From: Prasinococcaceae sp. CCMP 1430
Taxonomy: Eukaryota > Plantae > Prasinodermophyta
Direction of reading: 5' to 3'
Assembly (NCBI GenBank): GCA_013416795.1
Contig: RQSC01000027.1
Coordinates: 652,416-716,415 of the forward strand
Length of the DNA stretch: 64,000 nt
This document shows, in pieces, positions 46,051 through 58,696 of the stretch (position 1 is its first letter; the number at the start of each line of letters is the position of its first letter). The notes under the pieces are model-generated. The model was given only the letters and a program-made list of their open reading frames with translations. It did not search any database and was not told where the DNA came from. Made by a program: the position numbers and the translations under genes.

Positions 46051-48009
46051 ATGGCGTCGCCGAGCGTGCTCGAGTCGTACGCCGCCGACCACGCGCTGCG
46101 CGCCGAGGGGCACGCGCGGGCGCGGCGGGGCGCGCGGTGGACGCGGCCGACTACCACGCGTACCTCGAGGACAGGCTGGCGGCGGACGAGCGCGCGCGCG
46201 CGCGAGGCGGAAGGCACGGCGGCGCCGGTATCGTCGCCGTGGTGGAGGCGGAGGATGCTGCGTCGGAGGCGGTGGCCTCGCTCGAGGACAAGGTGCTCTC
46301 GCTCGCACGGCTCGTGCGGGCGCAAGCCGACGCTGCCACCGAGCGCGGCGTGGCAATGGCGGCACGCGTGGCAGCGCTTGAGGAAGAGCGCGCGGCGGCG
46401 GCGGAGCGAGCCGCGAGAGCTGCCGCAGATGCAGTGTGCGCACGCCTCGATGACAAATTGCGCGCCGCCGATGGGTTGGAGGCGCGAGCACGCGACGCCG
46501 CCGAGGCAGCTGCAGAGGCCGTGCGAGCGACGCTAGCAGGCAGCGCGGCCTCCGCTGCGGAGGAGAAGGTCGCGTCGTCTCTGACGGCTTTACTTCCACG
46601 CATGGAGCAGCGCTGCAGAGCTGCGGCCGACGCGGCTGCGCGCACGCTCACGGAGGAACGCCTGGCGCGGCAGGCAGAGGTACGTGCAGAAGCGTGGCGG
46701 GCATTGTTGCTGATCGTCTGTTTCCCCGTGGTGCTCTCCCTCTCTCCCTCTCTCTCTCTCTCTCTCTGACGCGCGCGATCCTGTGTGCGTGACCGATGTG
46801 CGCACACTTTCGCCACAGGCAAACGACAGGGATTTCATGTCTCTCGCGCAGCGGTTGGAGGCGTTCGAGGCTAGGCTAGACAGGCACGCTGAGGCGCAGG
46901 CGGCAGCCATCGAGGGCGCCGTGCGCCGACAGCTGGAGCTGGCGCGCGCGGGGCATCCGGCGCAGCCGCGCGCGGAACGCACGCCTTCCGAGGCTGAATT
47001 GCCGAGGGGTGAGATTTTCGGCCTCGCGGGCGAGGTACGCGCTGCGCTGGCGCGCGCCCCCGCTGCAGCTGAGCCCGTACCCGCCGGCGTCGAGGCCAGG
47101 GGAACCAGCGCGGAGGGCTCGCAGGGCGCAGAAGGCTCGGGTACATGCATCAGCGCGGACGAATGCGCGCATACGACCAATTCGGACGCGACGGGATCAC
47201 TACCGCCCGCGGTGCAGCCAGACATGCATGGAGCGCTCTTGCGCAGCCTCGCTGCCGACGTGCAGTCTTTGCGCGCCTCGCAAGCCGCCGAAGCGGCGCG
47301 CTTCGAGAGTGCAGTTGAGTCGTTGCGCGGGAGTGTCGACGAGGTTCGCGCACGCGCGCGCGCTCTGGACGATGGCGTCAGCGCTCGGGATGCAGACGGG
47401 ACGATAGGCGCAGACGCAGAGCAAGGTTCGGGCAAAGACTGCAGTGAGAGCGAGGTCAGCGACAGCAGCGACGGCTCGGAAGACGTGGAAGAGGACGAGC
47501 ACGTGCATGTACCGGCAGGCCGAAAGGATGGCGAGGATGAGCGCAAGGAAGCCGCCACGGGGGTCCAGTCACCGCTGCGCACGCCGCCACGCGCGGCGAC
47601 GGCCGCCGTGGGCCCCACGCAGCGGTCAGCACGCAACGCGCGCACGCGAGTAGGCGATGGTCCGCTCGCGTCGCTCGCCCTGGCCGCGCCCTCGCGCGCG
47701 CCACCGCGCAGGCGCGAGGGCAGCGCGCGTGGCAAGGCATCGGCCGCCTCGGTGCGCCGTGCTCCCTACTACGGGCTGTACTCAAAGCCTCCCAAGGGCG
47801 CCGGCGCCAAGGGCGCCAAGGCACCCAAAAGGGTTACAGAGCGCGACGAAGGCGCGGCACCCACTGCCGCCGGCGCGGGCGACGCGGCCGCAGCGCAACG
47901 CGCGGCGGGTCTCGAGGGCGCCAGCGGCACGAGCTACGCCGGCGAGCGCTCTGAGCGCTTGGGCCGCCTGCGTGAGCTCTACGCCGAGCTCACGTCGCTC
48001 GAGGAGTAG
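46051..48009 (+). CDS. Hypothetical coiled-coil protein, 2 exons, apparent frameshift near 46125-46140
   Basis: Ala/Glu-rich heptad-like sequence. Intron 46680-46818 (GTACGT..CAG) joins QAE|ANDRDF in frame. Confidence 0.5.
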
Positions 48010-48549
48010 CGGTGCCCGCGACCTTCTAGCTCCGGCCGGGCGGCGGCCATCCGAAGGGAAGTCACCAAGCGTGCGCGGAGGCGGCGGAGGCTCGTTGCGC
48101 GTGGCCGCACGAGCAGGCGCACCCTCGAGCCCGTTTAATAATTCTCCGAGGGCGCAGGTAAAATGTAAACGTTCTTCAAGGAATCAGATGATCAAAGCCT
48201 GCGGGCACACACGGCACACGGCCGCGCGCGGTGGCGGCGCTCTCGCTCTCGCAGTGAGATATGTGACAACATTTTACTGCAACATGAAGTCTTGGCCCGC
48301 GCTCGCCGGGAAGGCATATGCACTCCCCCTCGCTCGTGCCCTCGCACGTCTCTCTCAATGCTGTGTATGCTATCGTACAGGTGTTTTCAGGGTTATGGTA
48401 AGCAAGGTACTGTAGTGGACAATGGTAGTCGATGGTACAAGGTGGGCTGACGCAGGAATCTTGAGCCCGGTGGTCCCTGCAGTGTGCGCGCTCGTGCCGT
48501 CGTATGCGACGGCGCGTGCGCGACGCTCTGGCAAACTTGGCGGGGCGTC

Positions 48550-49867
48550 TCAGCCAAAGACGCTACTGATGAATCCTGTAGCCATCTGGACCGCTTCTGC
48601 GGCGTGCTCGTCGTGCTGCGCGTGCAGAACAGCGATGCCGATCGACGCCGCTGCCAACGAGCCCATCAGCCCGCGCTCGCGTGGCGACACCGCCACGCAG
48701 TCCTGCCCGCCACTAAGCTCGCACACCTCGTCGAACTGCTGCTGCCGAAGCCCGAGAAGCATGAGCGGCGGTAACAGGCCGAAGAGCACCGTCATGCCAT
48801 AAGCGCCAGCGAACTCGGTGATGACCAAGAAGTCCGCCGGGTGCTGAAAGGTGGCGTATAGTGGCGGCAGCACGGTGCCGGCGACGCTGATGGCCGCGAC
48901 GGAGCTGGCCAACGCCTTGGACGAGGCGTCGACGAAGGGCACGCGCGCCATGGCCGCCTTGCCGAAGTCGGTCAGGTGCAGCGCGTTGCCGAGGTATGAG
49001 GTGGCGACAGCACCGAGCGTGAACGCGGGCAGGGCGGCCCTGAGGAAGGGACCACCGGTCGATTGGATGAGATCCAATGGGTCCACTCCGGCCGCGGACG
49101 CGCTGCCGCCGGGCACCATCGAGAGACACACGGACGTCCACGCGAGCAGAATGCCAAGCGGCATCAGCGACCCGAGTCCGAACGCGAGCCGGATGCGGTC
49201 CTTGTCGCCGTCCAGGCCCGAGCACACTGTCGGCACGAGCTTGTGGAAGACCATCGCCAGGAAGGCGATGGGCATGACCTCGGGCGCCCCCGCCCAGTCC
49301 GCTCGCGAGAGGTTGGACGGATCGCCCGCGTGCCAGCCGCCCGCGCAGAGCGCGAGGAACGAGACGAGCAGCGCGCCCGTGGCTGGCCCGTTCGCCTTGG
49401 CGACGGCCGCGCGCCCGCCGCTCAGCAGCAGCCACGCGACCGCGGCCGTGAACGCCGCAGGCGCGAGGTCGCTGCCGAAAAGCTCCGCCAGCTTGACGTC
49501 GTACGCCACCATCACCGTGTACGTGAGCACGAGGTACAGCCCCGTGGTCAGCGCGGCCCCGGTCGGCCCGAGCGTCTCGCCCGCCATCGCGGTCAGCGTG
49601 ACCGTGTCCGTGCTACCCCTGCGCTCCATGAGGGCGACGTTGACCTCGGTGAGCAGCAGCGCCTCAGCGTAGAGCAGCGCCCACGCGCCCACGAGCACAG
49701 CCGCGGACGGCTCGAAGCCCGCTGGGAGCGCGGCGGACGGAAGAGCGAGCGTGCCCGCGCCGACCGACGTGCCGGTGATCAGCGCGATGGCGCCGGGCAC
49801 GCCTATTCGCTCGCGGCTGCCCTCGCCGCCCTCGCCGCCGTGCGCCACGCCCGCCTGCGGCGGCGCG
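48550..49867 (-). CDS. Aromatic amino acid permease, TyrP/Mtr (Trp_Tyr_perm) family; 5' part disrupted at N49868
   Basis: GAIALITGTSVGAGTLALP, EALLLTEVN, PIAFLAMVFHKLVPTVC, GAVATSYLG, AGAYGMTVLFGLLPPLM; many TM segments. Confidence 0.85.
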
Positions 49868-50760
49868 NGGGGGGGGGGGGGGCACGGGGGGACTGAGCGA
49901 GGGAGGGAAAGGACTGGGTGAGGGGCGGGGCGCGCGCGCACGCGCGCGCTGTGCCCCCCCTCTCCACCCCCCGCCCCCCCCCCTTTCGCCTCACTCACCC
50001 GCGTTGCGTCGCGCGCCCAGTGAGGGGTACTTTCCGCCCGCGCTCGCGCACCCCTGCGCTCCCGCGTTTTCTCCCCCGCCCTTTTTCCCCGGAAGCCGCG
50101 CGGCGCTTCCGTCGAAACGCCCCCGGAAGCGCACCCCAACGCACGTGCCCCGCCGCGCGCCCGGAAGCGCCGCGCCGCCGCGAAATATCCGCCGCGCAAC
50201 CGCCGGGTGGGGGGGAATTTACGGAAGCGCGCGCGCGCGGCGAGCGGCGCGCGGGGCGCTTCTTCCGCGCGGCGCCACAACAGCTACGCGGCGGCCGGGC
50301 GGCGCCGCATGCGTTTCGACCAGCGCCGAGAACCGATCACGAAGGGAGCTCTCACAGGACAATATCACCCACGGGAGAGCACCCCCGCGACGGCACGACG
50401 GACGTCACACTGACGCTCGGGCCGAGGGCGTCGCAATCGTTCTGATGATGGCGAATCGGGCGAATCAACGGAAATGATTTCAAAATGCACAAAACCGCGG
50501 TTGTGACGCCCAATGGAACCGGAGCCTGCGGCCCGGTGGATGGATGGAGGGCGGGACGGAGGGAGTGTTGCCTCATCACATTGCACTGAGCTGCGGGCCG
50601 TGATCAGAACGCATGCGCGCGCGCTCGCCGCGGAAAATTTGGCGGGAAGCGCGACGCGACCCGCGGGCCGCGGGCACAAAAGAGAGCGCGGGGGGGGGNN
50701 NNNNNNNNNNNNNNNNNNNNNNNNNNNNNNNNNNNNNNNNNNNNNNNNNNNNNNNNNNNN

Positions 50761-51488
50761 CGTCGCCCGCGCGGCGCGGCCGCGCGAGGGCGCCAGCGGG
50801 CGCGCTCCCCTCGGATCTCGCAGCGAGCGCCGGCGCTGTCAGCGCCGACGAGGGTTTTAGCTCACCCCCACGGCGGCGCGCGCGCCTCGTGTCGCGCGCC
50901 GGCAAGCGCCGCAAGGTGTGCTTCGCGCAGGCCGAGGCGGCACCTGCCGCAAGCGCGCAGGGGCTGGAACAGGACCAGGGGGGCGCGCTGTCTGGAGCAG
51001 GTCAGCGCCAGGGGGCTGCCGAGACCGATGCAGAGGGGCCTCGAAGCACAGGCTGGGAGACACGTGTAGGGCACATCGACACCCTCTTTGCACGCGGCGC
51101 CGAGCTGCTCGAGGGCCGCGAGCTAACGGGGTCGGTCTTTGGCAACGTCACGCGAAGCAAGCGTGTCGACTCTGAGGCGCACGGGCGTGCCGGGGCGTCC
51201 AGTGGGCCCGGCGCTGCGAGCAAGCAAGCCCTCGTCATCGCCGAGCGGATGCATCGCAACCGCGCGCGACTCCTAGAAGGAGACTACTGCGATGCGATGT
51301 TCGCTCGTGGCGCGGACCTCCTCGAAGGCCGCCAGCCGACCGGCTCGGTGTTCGGCGCGGTGGCCCGGGCGCCTGGGCGGTCGGCGGCACCTGCGGGCGC
51401 GGCTGGCCGAGGACCTGCGCGGGTCGGCAGCGCACTCGCACTCGCGGGGAGGATGGCGCGCGCGCGCTCGCGCGGGCCGTGCGCTTAG
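50761..51488 (+). CDS. Hypothetical protein with a duplicated ~28-aa motif; 5' end in gap
   Basis: DTLFARGAELLEGRELTGSVFGNVTR and DAMFARGADLLEGRQPTGSVFGAVAR, with mostly synonymous nucleotide differences. Confidence 0.55.
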
Positions 51489-51711
51489 CGAGAGTGGCCG
51501 CGCGCACGCTCGCTCCCGGGTGTGCCCGTAATATGATGCTGTGAATTTATGCGCCGGCGGCGGGTGCGATCGCACGAATTGCGCGACCGCAACAGCGCGA
51601 TACCAGCGGCGCACGATGCACGCGCGTCTGTCGCCACCCACCCAATACCCCGAACCGCCTCCCACGTTCGGCTCGTCCGCGCGTTGCATGGCAGCTGGTC
51701 CAAGCCATTGC

Positions 51712-53082
51712 TCAGTGCCTATTAGCTTGCGGCGCGGCCCAAGTGTCAGCGCCACGCAGGGGGCTGAGACGCGCGGGAGCGGGGGGGGATGCGAGGTGCG
51801 GTGCGAGCGCGGGGAGGTGGCGCATGCAACAGACCCGCGCTGGGATCGGGGCGCAGTCGGCAGTGGCGTGGGGCGCAGAATGCACGACACATACCTGTCG
51901 ATGTCCTCCAGAATGATGCCCGTGGTGGGCGACATCTGGCGCAGATACTTGAACACCCAGTACTTGAACAGCACATCGATGGTCACCGGCACGGTCGCCA
52001 CGAAGAGCGAGACGAACGTCTCCGACTCCTCCCAGCCGTAGTGCCCGCAGATCCCGTTGACGATGGTGATCCAGCCGTCCGAGGAGTGGTAGCCGACGGT
52101 GATGTCCGCGCACAGCAGCAGCGTGAACGCCTGCGCGGCGGGCTCCAGGCCGTAGAACTTGTTCTGGATGCCCGTCGTGAGGCGCCTCACGCCGGAGCGG
52201 TTGAGTGCCAGCAGCAGGGAGGACGAGAAGAACCACGTGGTGTCCGAAATCAGGTTCTCCACCGAGCGCAGGTTGATCTCGCGCTCGTGTTTCTCGAGCT
52301 CGAGCAGCTCGTTCCGGAGGCGATCGGGGGACTCGGACACCGGCGGTGCGCGGCCAGCGATGACGTCGAACTGGCGGCCCTTCTCCTCCATCAGCAGCTC
52401 GTCGACGGCCTCGCGCTTCTGCTCGGGCGTGAGCGCGAAGGCCGTCTCGTCGACCCTCAAGCGCCGCAGCATCAAGGGGTGGTACAGCGTCTCGCGCATC
52501 ACCGTGGAGAACAGCAGCGGCACGGCGATGATCAGGCCGGCGAAGAAGGTCACCTCGCGGTTCTCAGTCGTCTCGTCCTCGTTCGGCACGTCCGAAGGCG
52601 GCGGCGTGTACTGCGTGCCGCCGCGGAACTCGATCAGCTCCTTGTCGGACAGCCAGTCGCTGGGCTCGCCGAGCTCATTAATGGCGTTGTTGCCCGTGTT
52701 GCCACCGCCGAGGATGTCCCTCATCCCGCCGAGGATGTCATTATCGCCCTCCGGTCCCCTTCCCCCGCCCTCGCCCTTGCCCCCGGCGCCCGGCGTGGCC
52801 GCTGCGCGCGGCGCCACCCGCCAGTGCCGCGAGTGATGCCGCAGACCCCAGGGCAGACACTTCAGCTGACCCCCCCGCTTCGGCGTCGCGCTCGCCGCCG
52901 AGCGCACCCCCCGCACCACGCCCCTCCTCGCGCGGATCGCTGCCGCCCGCGCGCTGCTTAGCAAAATCGCTGCACATCGCCGCAGTTGCAGCGCGCCGCC
53001 CACCCCCGTCGCCGGCGCCGGCGGCGCGAAGCCGCGGCCTAGCGCTAGCACCGCCGCCGCCCCGCAGCTACTCCCATCGCCC
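51712..53082 (-). CDS. Nuclear-encoded CemA/PcxA-family envelope proton-extrusion protein; 5' end probably in gap 53083-53897
   Basis: AFTLLLCADITVGYHSSDGW, HYG, FVSLFVATVPVTIDVLFKYWVFKYLRQMSPT match the CemA C-terminal signature. Probable last intron 51719-51894. Confidence 0.85.
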
Positions 53083-53897
53083 NNNNNNNNNNNNNNNNNN
53101 NNNNNNNNNNNNNNNNNNNNNNNNNNNNNNNNNNNNNNNNNNNNNNNNNNNNNNNNNNNNNNNNNNNNNNNNNNNNNNNNNNNNNNNNNNNNNNNNNNNN
53201 NNNNNNNNNNNNNNNNNNNNNNNNNNNNNNNNNNNNNNNNNNNNNNNNNNNNNNNNNNNNNNNNNNNNNNNNNNNNNNNNNNNNNNNNNNNNNNNNNNNN
53301 NNNNNNNNNNNNNNNNNNNNNNNNNNNNNNNNNNNNNNNNNNNNNNNNNNNNNNNNNNNNNNNNNNNNNNNNNNNNNNNNNNNNNNNNNNNNNNNNNNNN
53401 NNNNNNNNNNNNNNNNNNNNNNNNNNNNNNNNNNNNNNNNNNNNNNNNNNNNNNNNNNNNNNNNNNNNNNNNNNNNNNNNNNNNNNNNNNNNNNNNNNNN
53501 NNNNNNNNNNNNNNNNNNNNNNNNNNNNNNNNNNNNNNNNNNNNNNNNNNNNNNNNNNNNNNNNNNNNNNNNNNNNNNNNNNNNNNNNNNNNNNNNNNNN
53601 NNNNNNNNNNNNNNNNNNNNNNNNNNNNNNNNNNNNNNNNNNNNNNNNNNNNNNNNNNNNNNNNNNNNNNNNNNNNNNNNNNNNNNNNNNNNNNNNNNNN
53701 NNNNNNNNNNNNNNNNNNNNNNNNNNNNNNNNNNNNNNNNNNNNNNNNNNNNNNNNNNNNNNNNNNNNNNNNNNNNNNNNNNNNNNNNNNNNNNNNNNNN
53801 NNNNNNNNNNNNNNNNNNNNNNNNNNNNNNNNNNNNNNNNNNNNNNNNNNNNNNNNNNNNNNNNNNNNNNNNNNNNNNNNNNNNNNNNNNNNNNNNN

Positions 53898-54450
53898 GCG
53901 TCGTCGTGGGTCGGGCGGTACACGCCAAACACGGGCGCGACGGGCGGCCGCGGCCGCGTACGAGCCGTCGCCCGTCGACCCGGCGGTGGTGCGCAACCAG
54001 CTCGCCGTGCTCGGCGCCATCGGCGCGTGCACGGCGTACTGGTGGTTCGTGCTCGTGCCTGGCGCGCGCGTGAAGCTCGCGGTCAACAAGCGCTCGGGCG
54101 CGCTCGGCAAGTACCTCAAGGAGCTCGCGGCGGACGACTCGCCCGACCGCGCGGCCGAGCGATGGTTCTACTCGACGTGGCTCAGCAAGATCGACCCCGA
54201 GACGCGCTACCTGCTGCGTGACGAGGACCTCGATGGCATGCCGCTCGACGGCGCCGCGGAGGCGCGCACGACGCTGGGCGAGAGCGGCGGCGTGAGCGGA
54301 GCGCGCGAGGGCGAGACGCTCCAGGACGTCATCAACGCCGCCAAGCGCACGCCTGACTTCTGGTCGCTCGACAACCCCGTGCTCACAGGCACGGCTGCCA
54401 CCATCGGCGCGGGCGCGCTACTTGGGCTGCTCTCGGGCGGCGGCAGGTAG
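53898..54450 (+). CDS. Hypothetical membrane protein, probably plastid-targeted; 5' end in gap
   Basis: Strong GC3 codon bias; TM segments LAVLGAIGACTAYWWFVLVPG and IGAGALLGLLSGG; motif KYLKEL...AERWFYSTWL. Confidence 0.55.
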
Positions 54451-54762
54451 CGAGAGCGCACGCGCGCGCTCGTGCGCTTCGTCTCCCTTCGTTGTATCAT
54501 AACGTGTGTTACTACCGCGACGGCCGTGGCGTCGGCGCTGCCATGCCCCAGCCGCGGCGCACCGCGCAGTCCTCTCGCCGCCGTTCGCGACGCCCGCGCG
54601 CGCCGGCCATCCGCCGGCGGGTCGCGACCATCGGGCCGGACGGACGCGAGACGACCCCGTGAAGGCAGCGCCCTGCGTCGCCGCGTGCTCCGACGCGCGC
54701 GCGAGCTACGCATTGAGCGCGCGCCAGGCCGGCCCGCCGTCTTCGGACGCAGCTGGGCTGGG

Positions 54763-55895
54763 TCATGCGATGCCCTTCCTGCGCTTCTCATCGTCCGTGA
54801 CCGCATGGTTCTCGAGGAAAATGGCGTCGCCATCCTTGGTGGCCTGGACGATGACGTCCGGGTTGACGCCCGCGTCGTTGAGCATCTTGAGCGCTGACAT
54901 CTGCGCGCGTTTTGGCGACCGCGCGCGGCGACAGGGTCGCATTAGCTACGCGGCGGACCCAGGAGGCGTCTGCGCGCTCCCGCGCACCGGGCTCGCGCGG
55001 CGCGCGGCGAGCGCGGCCCATCGCACGCACCTTGAAGCCCGGGTCGCCGCCGTCGAAGACGATGGCCGCCGTTGCGTCCGGGTCGTACTCGAGGTCGTCC
55101 GCATCGAAGGCGTCCTGCAGCGCGTGCGCGCCACCCGCCCGCTTGACCGGGTGCACATCCACGTGGTACGCGTTCGCCCAGTTGGCGTGCCTGTCGGCGT
55201 ACGCCAGCGAGCCGTCCTGCTCCTCGCGCTGGTAGAGGCGCACGGCCTCGCGCATGTGGAAGCACAGCCCGCGGTCCGAGGCGCCGCACTCGATGAGCGC
55301 CTTGGCGGAGGAGATGCCCTCGCCGTTGGCACAGATGAGCACCGTCGGGTAGCCGAATATGAACTGCATGGGGCGAAAAGACATGCCCATGCCCGCAAAC
55401 GGGCCCGTCTCGACCTTGTCGCCCGGCTCGAGGCCGTAGAGCGCGCGGTGGCGCGCGGAGTCCACGCGAAGCGTAACCTCGGTGAGGGTGCTCACGGGCT
55501 CGAGCTGCACCTTGGAATCGGACGCCGCGATGTCGCCGCGCAGCCGGTCGAGCGACTCCTCGTACACCTCGACGGGCGGCGGCGCCGACGAGATCGGCAC
55601 CTGCGCGCCGGCGCCGTTCGCGCCCGCCGCGCGCACGGTCGCGCGCTGCCCGACCTGCTTGTACGCCTGCGTGAGAGGCACGAGCTCGCGGCTCACCTCG
55701 GCGAGCACAGTGACGTCGCGCACGCTCTTGGTGACCTGCTCCACGCGCACGACCTCCGCCTCGAAGTAGCGCGGCGTCTTCGTGTCCACCTCGGTGGCCA
55801 TGTTGCCCATGGCGGCCTCGAACTTGTCCGCGGCCGATTCGGCCTTTGCCGCCGCGAGCGCGCGCGCGCGGCGCGCGCGCCGCCCTGCGCGCGGC
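54763..55895 (-). CDS. FAD/NAD(P)-binding ferredoxin-reductase-like oxidoreductase; transit peptide probably spans gap 55896-55911
   Basis: YKQVGQRA, LEPGDKVETGPFAGMG, VLICANGEGISSAKALIE. Intron 54901-55030; final exon MSALKML...KGIA*. Confidence 0.7.
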
Positions 55896-56849
55896 NNNNN
55901 NNNNNNNNNNNNCCCCCCCCCCCCCTCCTTCCCCTGCTGCGCGGCGCCGCCTGCGCGCCCGCCAGGTCACCAACCCAAACCCCACCCAGCGCCATCCCAC
56001 CGCACACCGAACGCCATCCTCATCAAAAAGCGCCAAAATCAGGTGACATACAGACCCTTCTTGTAAAACCTCAATTATGCGCCGCGCCCGAAAAGCGCGC
56101 TCGTCTCGTCCTTATCGCGTCCGCACGCGTGGCGCGGGGCCGCGCGGAGCGCCGGGGATTCGCGCGGATCCCCGCGATTCGTCGCACCATAATGCAGGCG
56201 CGCGGACGTCTTCCCAAAAATTCGTGACGAATTTCAGATGGGGCGGACCGCGCGGAAATATCTGCCCGCCGCGCGCGCGCTCGCGAGGCGCGACGGCCGG
56301 CGGCGGCGCGATTCGGCTTTGGGTTACGGTATTTAGGGTAAAATTTATAGGGTTAATGTTCCATGCCGCCGCGCCGCGCGCGCCCCGCGCGCTGCGCGCG
56401 CTGGCCGCCCCTCGGCGCTCTCGCGTGGGACGGCGAGGACGCCGAGGCCTTGCAGTCGCCCTGCGCGCTCGGAGCGGGAGCGTCGGACGAGGAGCTGCAG
56501 GAGCCCTGGAGGCTCGACGGTCCGGTGGAGGGTCGGGGCCTGGAGGTGCTCGCAGGGGGGAACGGGCGTGGAAGCATGCTCGTGCGCGTGCGCTCGCGCG
56601 CGTGCGCGCACGAGCGGACATGAAGCTGTCGAACGGCCGTACTGTAGTACGGATGCAGGCGCGAGGCGCGAGACGCTCCGCGGGGGGAGGGGCTGCGTGA
56701 TGGAGGTGGGGTGGTGGGGTGGTGGGGCGGCGGCGGCGTGCTGCTGCTGCTGCCTTGGACGCGCACCGTCGATATTATTAGGCCGCTGCGGCGGCGCGGG
56801 CCGCTCGCCGCGTATTAGTCCGGTGCTCTCCGAGCTGCGTGGCCGGCAA

Positions 56850-57659
56850 CTATTTCTTCCGCTCGCGCTTCCACTTGTGCACGTTTGCCTTGGCGCCGGT
56901 TCCGGGCGCCAGCTCCTTCGCCCTGAGCTTGCGCTTGCGCCCGCCGCCCATGAGCTCCTTCTGGTACACCATCTGCTCGGCGGTCCTCCGCAGCTTGTCC
57001 TCCCTCTCGGCGGCCTCGGCGAGCTCGCGGTAGGCGGCCGCGCGCCGCCGCTCGGTCTCCTTGCGCGCCTTGGGGTCGGCCGCCACGGCCGCGCCCCCGA
57101 CGACCAGCGACGCGTTCGCGAGCTGCGCGTTGCGGGGCCGGTTGAAGCGCCGGCCGAGCAGCTCGGCGGGCGTGTCGAGCGCCTTGGCCGCGTCGAAGGC
57201 GTCCGCCTCCTCCTCGGTCTCGACGAACAGCGTGTGCTTGTTCTTCGGCTTGCCCTTGGCGTCGCCCTTGGCGCCGCCCAGCATGTGCAGCTGCGACTGG
57301 AGGCGCTCGAGCCTCTTCTTCTCGGCGAGACGCGCAGTCGTGACGTATCCGACGTCCTGCGTTTTCATGAGGCGGAGCTCGCCCTGGGTGTACTTGTTCG
57401 CCTGCGCGGTCTCCACCTGGTGCACGCCGTCCTTCGTCCGGGAGTTGACCATCCCGAAGTTGAACTCGTCCTCGTTGCGCATGGCCGCCTTCTCGCGCAG
57501 CGCCTTGATGGCATTCTCCTTCCTGTGGTAGTCCCTCGCGCGCTTGAGGTAGTCGCCCTTCTTCTCGAGCAGCCCATGCTTGCGCCTGTCCGCCGGCTGC
57601 GAGCGCTCCTTGTGGGTCTTGCGCTTGACCGCGTTGCGCAGAGACGCCGCCCCCGACAT
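56850..57659 (-). CDS. UTP11: U3 snoRNA-associated protein 11
   Basis: SLRNAVKRKTHKERSQP..R.K.GLLEKK.DY..RARDYH.KE, RNEDEFNFGM, LMKTQD, KWKRERKK. Confidence 0.95.
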   Translation of the reverse strand: MSGAASLRNAVKRKTHKERSQPADRRKHGLLEKKGDYLKRARDYHRKENAIKALREKAAMRNEDEFNFGMVNSRTKDGVHQVETAQANKYTQGELRLMKTQDVGYVTTARLAEKKRLERLQSQLHMLGGAKGDAKGKPKNKHTLFVETEEEADAFDAAKALDTPAELLGRRFNRPRNAQLANASLVVGGAAVAADPKARKETERRRAAAYRELAEAAEREDKLRRTAEQMVYQKELMGGGRKRKLRAKELAPGTGAKANVHKWKRERKK

Positions 57660-58696
57660 GGCGGCGCGCGCTGCTGCCGCTGCCGCCTCCTGCTACCGTA
57701 CCCCTAGCGCGGAAACGCGAGCGCCGCCGCGGCCCGCAGCCCGCCGGCCTCAACCCGGCTCCGCGGACGCCTCCAGGGACGACGGGGACGACGACGCTGC
57801 CGACGGCGGCGACNNNNNNNNNNNNNNNNNNNNNNNNNNNNNNNNNNNNNNNNNNNNNNNNNNNNNNNNNNNNNNNNNNNNNNNNNNNNNNNNNNNNNNN
57901 NNNNNNNNNNNNNNNNNNNNNNNNNNNNNNNNNNNNNNNNNNNNNNNNNNNNNNNNNNNNNNNNNNNNNNNNNNNNNNNNNNNNNNNNNNNNNNNNNNNN
58001 NNNNNNNNNNNNNNNNNNNNNNNNNNNNNNNNNNNNNNNNNNNNNNNNNNNNNNNNNNNNNNNNNNNNNNNNNNNNNNNNNNNNNNNNNNNNNNNNNNNN
58101 NNNNNNNNNNNNNNNNNNNNNNNNNNNNNNNNNNNNNNNNNNNNNNNNNNNNNNNNNNNNNNNNNNNNNNNNNNNNNNNNNNNNNNNNNNNNNNNNNNNN
58201 NNNNNNNNNNNNNNNNNNNNNNNNNNNNNNNNNNNNNNNNNNNNNNNNNNNNNNNNNNNNNNNNNNNNNNNNNNNNNNNNNNNNNNNNNNNNNNNNNNNN
58301 NNNNNNNNNNNNNNNNNNNNNNNNNNNNNNNNNNNNNNNNNNNNNNNNNNNNNNNNNNNNNNNNNNNNNNNNNNNNNNNNNNNNNNNNNNNNNNNNNNNN
58401 NNNNNNNNNNNNNNNNNNNNNNNNNNNNNNNNNNNNNNNNNNNNNNNNNNNNNNNNNNNNNNNNNNNNNNNNNNNNNNNNNNNNNNNNNNNNNNNNNNNN
58501 NNNNNNNNNNNNNNNNNNNNNNNNNNNNNNNNNNNNNNNNNNNNNNNNNNNNNNNNNNNNNGGGCGGCAGACCGCGCGCGGCGCCTCGGGCGCCGCGGGC
58601 TGCGCGCGCGGCGGTCCTCAAGGGATCGAGGGGGGCTGTGGGGGGTAGCGCGGAGGGGGCCCAGCCGGAGAGGGTGATACGCCCGGCCTGCGCGGC

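Noticed and set aside
48550-49867. Trp/Tyr permease as part of the kynurenine cluster
   Set aside because: About 20 kb away with many unrelated genes between; no evidence of linkage.
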